From Bacteroidota bacterium (GTDB lineage: Bacteria > Bacteroidota > Bacteroidia > Flavobacteriales_D > Crocinitomicaceae), in NCBI GenBank assembly GCA_040386155.1, contig JAZKFZ010000003.1, forward strand, positions 550,815 to 614,814: DNA of 64,000 nt, written 5' to 3'. The notes under the pieces were generated by a model. That model was not told the origin of the DNA and made no database searches. It was given only the letters and a program-made list of their open reading frames with translations. The position numbers were made by a program, and so were the translations under genes. Within the stretch, counting starts at the first letter, position 1, and each line of letters begins with the position of its first letter. Below are positions 59,029-64,000 of the stretch, piece by piece.

Positions 59029-59739
59029 TTACACTTTCCTTAAATTGGCAGCATCCAAAGTGCGTTTTACGCGTGCAGCATCCACCTTTAAAATATTTTC
59101 AGAAAACATCGATTCCTCATCTAATTGATACTTCACTGTTCCTGAAAAATGTACTGCAGCGGGTTGAATTATTTCGCAAATTTTTTTGATATTGGCAGCA
59201 CTTACACCTCCTCCAGGCATTATTTCAATCTGACTATCCGCAAATTTCACCATCCTTTGCAAGATGGAGAAGCCAGCATCCACATTCAAAGACATTCCAG
59301 AAGAAAGAACACGCGTTACACCCAATTCAATCAAGGTTTCAAGTGAACGTTCCCAATCGATAGAATCATCAAAAGCTCGATGAAAAGTGACTTCCATGCC
59401 ATTGGCTTTATTGATGATTTCAGCCACTACTTTTTTGTCAATTTCACCAGTTTCTGACAAAGCACCGATCACAATTCCTTTGACACCAATTCGCGCACAA
59501 CTTTTAACTTCTCGTAAGATAATCTCAATTTCATCCTCATTGTAGAAAAAACCTCCAGGTCGTGGACGAATTAATACGTGAGTTTCAATACCAAAAGCTT
59601 CGGCATATTCAATCATACCATAGGAGGGCGTTAATCCCCCCTGCTCTAAATTTTGACATAATTCAATTCTATCAAAATTTAACTCTTTCGCAATTTGGAT
59701 GGCCTCCAATGACGCAGCACATAATTCAAACTTCATCAC
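59029..59739 (-). CDS. cutC: Copper homeostasis protein CutC family
   Basis: The N-terminal FELCAASLEAIQIAKELNFDRIELCQNLEQGGLTPSYG is characteristic of CutC. Confidence 0.88.
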   Translation of the reverse strand: MMKFELCAASLEAIQIAKELNFDRIELCQNLEQGGLTPSYGMIEYAEAFGIETHVLIRPRPGGFFYNEDEIEIILREVKSCARIGVKGIVIGALSETGEIDKKVVAEIINKANGMEVTFHRAFDDSIDWERSLETLIELGVTRVLSSGMSLNVDAGFSILQRMVKFADSQIEIMPGGGVSAANIKKICEIIQPAAVHFSGTVKYQLDEESMFSENILKVDAARVKRTLDAANLRKV

Positions 59740-62015
59740 TTACTAAATAGTATTAGTTCATCAATAAAGGTCCACGCTACATGATTCGCTCCTGGTAATC
59801 CATCGGGAATTACATCAAACGTGGTTATCAAAACTTTTAAATATCTTCCTTTCTTATTGATCGTTGAACCGTACAATAAAAATTTTCCTTTTTTCACATT
59901 ATCAGCATACGTTTCAATGTCTGCCGATTCAATATATTTCCACTTTTTCTGATCTTTTGAAACTGAAAAACGTACTGAGGCAGGAAGATGAATCCATGAG
60001 CCAATATCTTCTAAAAAATTGATTTCCAAGCTATCAATTTGTTTTTTTGCTCCCAAATCAATTATAAATCGAATTTCTTGCTCGTTCCAGCCGGTCCAAT
60101 CTGATCCTTTCCAAGGCAATGTGCCCAAAATTCCATCTACTAAATTCAATTCGCCATTCGCATTATAGCGTTCGTTAGGTTTTGTAATAAATTCAATAGG
60201 AAGTCCGAGGGATTGATGCTGAAAAATCGTATACTCTGAAACTACTTTAACTTGATTTTCATCCACCATTACAAAAAAAGTGTTTGGCAACACTGTGTGT
60301 CGATTAATTCTATCAAGATCGACAGAATTTGCTGCATTTTTCCCATTTTGACTTACATGCACATCACCAATAGTTGATGAAAAATCAACTGTCACTCCCT
60401 TTTGAGATCTTTTCAATTTCATTTCAGGGTAAAAAATCGCTTTCGACCAATTCACTTTTTTGCGTGTCAATTCAGGTAAATGATACGATTTTAGGTCTCC
60501 TAAAAACTGCTCATAACTAGGTTTATTTTCGCACCATAAGGCTTGCGCTAAAGCGATAGCTCTTGGAAATAACATGTACTCCACTTGCTTGAAATCGGGA
60601 ATGTACTCTGTCCACAAATTGGCTTGTCCACCCAGCACAAATTGCTGCTGCTCACTGGACATCTCTTTGGTAATTGGACTAAATTCGTAGACCTTTTTTA
60701 AAGGCGTAAATCCTCCAAAAGCCAATGGTTCCTTTGAGTTTTTACTTTGATAATGATCGAAATAGCAATGTGATCCTGGACTCATCACTACATAATGTCC
60801 TTGTTTGGCAGCTTCAATTCCACCTTCAAAACCTCTCCAAGACATCACCGCCGCATTGGGCGAAAGTCCCCCTTCTAAAATCTCATCCCAACCAATCAAG
60901 GATCTACCATTCTTTGTCAAAAAAGCATCCATTTGGCGAACAAACCAACTTTGCAACTCATGCTCATCCTTCAAGTTGTTTTCGCTAATTGTTTTTTGGC
61001 ATTTAGCACACTCCTTCCAACGAGTTTTTGGCGCTTCATCTCCTCCGATATGAATATACTTTGATGGAAACAAGGCAATCACTTCAGTTAATACATCTTG
61101 TAAAAAATCAATTGTAGAAGCTTGAGAACAAAAGATATCATCAAAAACGCCCCACAATCCTTCAACGCCATGCTGTTCACCCGTGCAAGAAAGTTCTGGA
61201 TAAGCTGCTAAAGCTGCACGTGCATGTCCTGGCATTTCAATTTCTGGTACAATTGTTACAAATCGGCTTTCGGCATATTTTACCACTTCCTTAATTTCTT
61301 CTTGTGTGTAAAATCCACCATACCGCTCCTTTGTGAAGGTGCGAGGTCGAGTACTGTAATGATTGTCCAAAGTACTATCTCTAAACGCCCCAATCTCCGT
61401 CAATTTTGGGTATTTTTTAATTTCTATTCGCCAGCCTTGATCATCTGTTAAATGCCAATGAAAAGTATTGAATTTGTAGAATGAAATCAAATCGATGTAG
61501 CGCTTCACTTCTTCAATAGTGAAAAAATGTCGACTTACATCCAAATGCATTCCGCGCCATTGAAATTTTGGTTGATCCATCACAAAGCATTGTTCAAAAT
61601 TCAAGGTCTTCTCCTCCTCTTTAACTAACTGAAACAAAGAATTGATGGCATAAAAACACGATGCTTCAGAACTAAATGAAATGCTTATTTTATCATTGAT
61701 ATTAATGCTGTATTGATCTTGCGGAACGTTGACCAATGGTTTAAAATTCAAATGGCGACCAGCTTTTGAATAAATGACCCGACATCCGAATCGACTACTG
61801 AGTTCTTTCGTGAGGTAATCTTTAAGTTGCTCCGTTAAATTGCTGGGGTCAATTGAAATTTCATCAGCAATTGAAACACCAGGCTCTCCACTGCTTTGAA
61901 ATACCATTGGAGTGGGTAGAATCTGAGAATAAGCTCGATTTATTGAAAAAAAAATGACAGTAAAACCTAGATAATTAGCGATTACGAACCATCGCTTCAA
62001 CAATTTTACTGTCAT
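59736..62015 (-). CDS. GH20 beta-N-acetylhexosaminidase with a C-terminal F5/8 type C (discoidin) domain
   Basis: FHWHLTDDQGWR and catalytic IHIGGDE motifs. The C-terminal ~150 aa are beta-sandwich-like. Overlaps cutC by 4 nt. Confidence 0.9.
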   Translation of the reverse strand: MTVKLLKRWFVIANYLGFTVIFFSINRAYSQILPTPMVFQSSGEPGVSIADEISIDPSNLTEQLKDYLTKELSSRFGCRVIYSKAGRHLNFKPLVNVPQDQYSININDKISISFSSEASCFYAINSLFQLVKEEEKTLNFEQCFVMDQPKFQWRGMHLDVSRHFFTIEEVKRYIDLISFYKFNTFHWHLTDDQGWRIEIKKYPKLTEIGAFRDSTLDNHYSTRPRTFTKERYGGFYTQEEIKEVVKYAESRFVTIVPEIEMPGHARAALAAYPELSCTGEQHGVEGLWGVFDDIFCSQASTIDFLQDVLTEVIALFPSKYIHIGGDEAPKTRWKECAKCQKTISENNLKDEHELQSWFVRQMDAFLTKNGRSLIGWDEILEGGLSPNAAVMSWRGFEGGIEAAKQGHYVVMSPGSHCYFDHYQSKNSKEPLAFGGFTPLKKVYEFSPITKEMSSEQQQFVLGGQANLWTEYIPDFKQVEYMLFPRAIALAQALWCENKPSYEQFLGDLKSYHLPELTRKKVNWSKAIFYPEMKLKRSQKGVTVDFSSTIGDVHVSQNGKNAANSVDLDRINRHTVLPNTFFVMVDENQVKVVSEYTIFQHQSLGLPIEFITKPNERYNANGELNLVDGILGTLPWKGSDWTGWNEQEIRFIIDLGAKKQIDSLEINFLEDIGSWIHLPASVRFSVSKDQKKWKYIESADIETYADNVKKGKFLLYGSTINKKGRYLKVLITTFDVIPDGLPGANHVAWTFIDELILFSK

Positions 62016-62033
62016 TTCAAGATCTATTAAATA

Positions 62034-62375
62034 TTAAGAAAACATGTGTGTTCCAAAGGCAATACCCACGAATGTTGCAAACAAACTTAAGATTGCTCCA
62101 AGCCACGCCAATTTTTGCTTTTTAATCGCTGGAAATAAGTTGACCAAAAATGCAAATCCACCAGCCAACAGTGTATAAATTGCGAAGTCTGTGCCGAGCA
62201 TCAATCGATCCATCACGTTGCTATGCTCAGCTGATCCATACCAGGTTTCAGGGTGATCGTCAAACAAAATAGCATCAGCAATTCCTTTGTCAGGTTCAAC
62301 AACAGCTAAATGATAAATGGCCATTCCAGCAACAGCCAGTCCTAAAAACAAGCCAATTAATGCAAACTTTTTCAT
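62034..62375 (-). CDS. Small hypothetical membrane protein
   Basis: A start at 62375 gives MKKFALIGLFLGLAVAGMAIYHL. Three or four TM helices. Confidence 0.55.
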   Translation of the reverse strand: MKKFALIGLFLGLAVAGMAIYHLAVVEPDKGIADAILFDDHPETWYGSAEHSNVMDRLMLGTDFAIYTLLAGGFAFLVNLFPAIKKQKLAWLGAILSLFATFVGIAFGTHMFS

Positions 62376-62424
62376 AGTAATAGGGTTAGAATTATCATGC
62401 AATATAATAATAAATATCAATCTC

Positions 62425-64000
62425 CTACATATTTCTTCTATACTGTCCGCCTACTTGAAATAATGCTGAAGTAATCTGTCCGAGCGATGCATGTTTACAC
62501 ACTTCCATCAACTCTTCAAACATATTTTTATTCTGAATTGCAGCTTCTTGAATTCTAATGATCCCTTGAGCAGTCACTTCTTCATTTCCTCTTTTCAAAG
62601 CCTCCAACATATTGATTTGGTATTGCTTTTCTTCTTCCGTTGCACGAATTACTTCTTTTGGCAAAACAGTTGGAGATCCCTTCGAACTTAAGAAGGTATT
62701 AACTCCAATAATTGGAAATTCACCTGTATGTTTCAAGGTCTCGTAGTACAAACTTTCTTCTTGAATTTTTGAACGTTGGTACATTGTTTCCATGGCACCT
62801 AGCACTCCTCCGCGCTCTGTAATACGATCAAATTCTGTCAATACTGCTTCTTCCACTAAATCTGTCAACTCTTCAATGATGAACGATCCTTGCAATGGAT
62901 TTTCGTTTTTCGTTAAACCTAACTCACGATTAATAATCAGCTGAATGGCCATTGCTCTACGAACCGACTCCTCCGTTGGCGTTGTAATTGCCTCATCATA
63001 CGCATTCGTGTGTAAAGAATTACAATTGTCGTAGATGGCATAAAGGGCCTGTAATGTTGTACGAATATCGTTGAAATCGATTTCTTGCGCATGCAGCGAT
63101 CTTCCAGAAGTTTGGATATGGTATTTCAACATTTGCGCACGTGGATTAGCACTGTATTTTTTCGCCAACGCTTTTGCCCAAATTCTTCGAGCCACTCGAC
63201 CGATCACTGCATATTCAGGATCAATTCCATTGGAGAAGAAAAAGGATAAATTAGGACCAAAATCGTTGATGTCCATCCCTCTACTCAAATAGTATTCAAC
63301 ATAGGTGAATCCGTTTGACAAGGTAAATGCTAACTGTGTAATTGGATTCGCTCCAGCTTCTGCAATATGGTAACCTGAAATAGATACTGAGTAGAAATTG
63401 CGAACTCCCTTATCGATGAAGTACTGTTGAACATCTCCCATTAATCTCAAGGCAAATTCTGTAGAGAAAATGCAGGTGTTTTGCGCTTGATCTTCCTTTA
63501 AAATATCTGCTTGAACCGTTCCTCTCACTTGCGTTAGGGTTTCGGTTTTTATTTTTTGATATACATCCTGTGGTAATACCTGATCTCCTGTAACGCCCAA
63601 AAGCATCAATCCTAAACCATCGTTTCCTTCTGGCAGTTCTCCTTGGTATTTTGGACGTTCTACTCCTTTATTTTTATAAATTGCTGCGATTTTAGCTTCC
63701 GTTTCAGCTTCCAAGCCATTGGCAACAATGTACTTTTCACAGTTTTGATCGATGGCAGCATTCATAAAAAATCCTAACAACATCGGTGCTGGACCATTAA
63801 TTGTCATAGAAACAGACGTTGCAGAATGCGATAAGTCAAAGCCTGAATACAATTTCTTCGCATCGTCCAAACAACAGATCGAAACACCTGAGTTACCAAT
63901 TTTTCCGTAAATATCTGGTCGCACATCTGGGTCATTTCCATACAATGTTACCGAATCAAACGCAGTAGAAAGGCGTTTTGCCGGCATTCCTAAACTCACG
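62425..64000 (-). CDS. Coenzyme-B12-dependent acyl-CoA mutase, substrate-binding (TIM-barrel) domain; C-terminal 525 codons, with the N-terminus outside the window (IcmF-like architecture suspected)
   Basis: Methylmalonyl/isobutyryl-CoA mutase blocks ([42 protein letters not shown]). The protein ends ..[13 protein letters not shown] with no C-terminal B12-binding domain. The frame is open to 64000. Confidence 0.85.
   Translation of the reverse strand, partial: VSLGMPAKRLSTAFDSVTLYGNDPDVRPDIYGKIGNSGVSICCLDDAKKLYSGFDLSHSATSVSMTINGPAPMLLGFFMNAAIDQNCEKYIVANGLEAETEAKIAAIYKNKGVERPKYQGELPEGNDGLGLMLLGVTGDQVLPQDVYQKIKTETLTQVRGTVQADILKEDQAQNTCIFSTEFALRLMGDVQQYFIDKGVRNFYSVSISGYHIAEAGANPITQLAFTLSNGFTYVEYYLSRGMDINDFGPNLSFFFSNGIDPEYAVIGRVARRIWAKALAKKYSANPRAQMLKYHIQTSGRSLHAQEIDFNDIRTTLQALYAIYDNCNSLHTNAYDEAITTPTEESVRRAMAIQLIINRELGLTKNENPLQGSFIIEELTDLVEEAVLTEFDRITERGGVLGAMETMYQRSKIQEESLYYETLKHTGEFPIIGVNTFLSSKGSPTVLPKEVIRATEEEKQYQINMLEALKRGNEEVTAQGIIRIQEAAIQNKNMFEELMEVCKHASLGQITSALFQVGGQYRRNM

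Noticed and set aside
1-64000. tRNA, rRNA, tmRNA, RNase P RNA and riboswitches
   Set aside because: I scanned the spacers of 100 bp or more for T-loop-like GTTCGAATC motifs and for conserved riboswitch cores. Apart from the SRP RNA at 36856-36958 I found nothing. A covariance-model scan (Infernal/Rfam, tRNAscan-SE) would be needed to be sure.

Overview
AT-rich bacterial chromosome segment that looks like Bacteroidota, probably Flavobacteriia-like. Supporting evidence: T9SS type A (..LYPNP..) and type B (PNTFTPDDD..IYNRWGE..) C-terminal sorting domains, SprB-type repeats, TAnnTTTG -7 promoter boxes, a fused E1 alpha/beta ketoacid dehydrogenase, and many Q-terminated signal peptides. Most of the window is tightly packed housekeeping DNA: hemF, guaA, secA, kdsC, thiolase, tag, SRP RNA, F6P-aldolase/transaldolase, guaB, two parvulin PPIases, MoxR ATPase, gdhA, cutC, a GH20 hexosaminidase and a B12-type acyl-CoA mutase. 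I saw no rRNA, tRNA, CRISPR array, transposase, integrase or phage genes. Four things are not explained by the supplied ORF track. (1) The largest gene in the window, 1..3690 on the minus strand, is missing from the track because its stop lies outside the window. It encodes a secreted adhesin-like protein built from 228-bp modules, with an apparently exact 684-bp higher-order repeat. (2) A loosely packed, more AT-rich, single-strand array of unrelated small genes at about 12.2-18.8 kb has spacers carrying a 129-bp attC-like imperfect palindrome and a recurring GC-rich box. (3) A dispersed palindromic/iteron-like intergenic repeat family occurs at about 4.1, 8.7, 38.1, 49.0 and 58.4 kb. (4) An SRP RNA gene lies at about 36.86-36.96 kb. 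Track caveats: 3711..4061 is labelled + but is a minus-strand ORF, and several N-termini are over-extended through TTG/GTG or upstream ATG codons. I did not find a convincing multi-gene novel system such as a defence island. The cassette-like array and the repeat family are the best leads, and both need genome-wide or comparative checks that I cannot run here.
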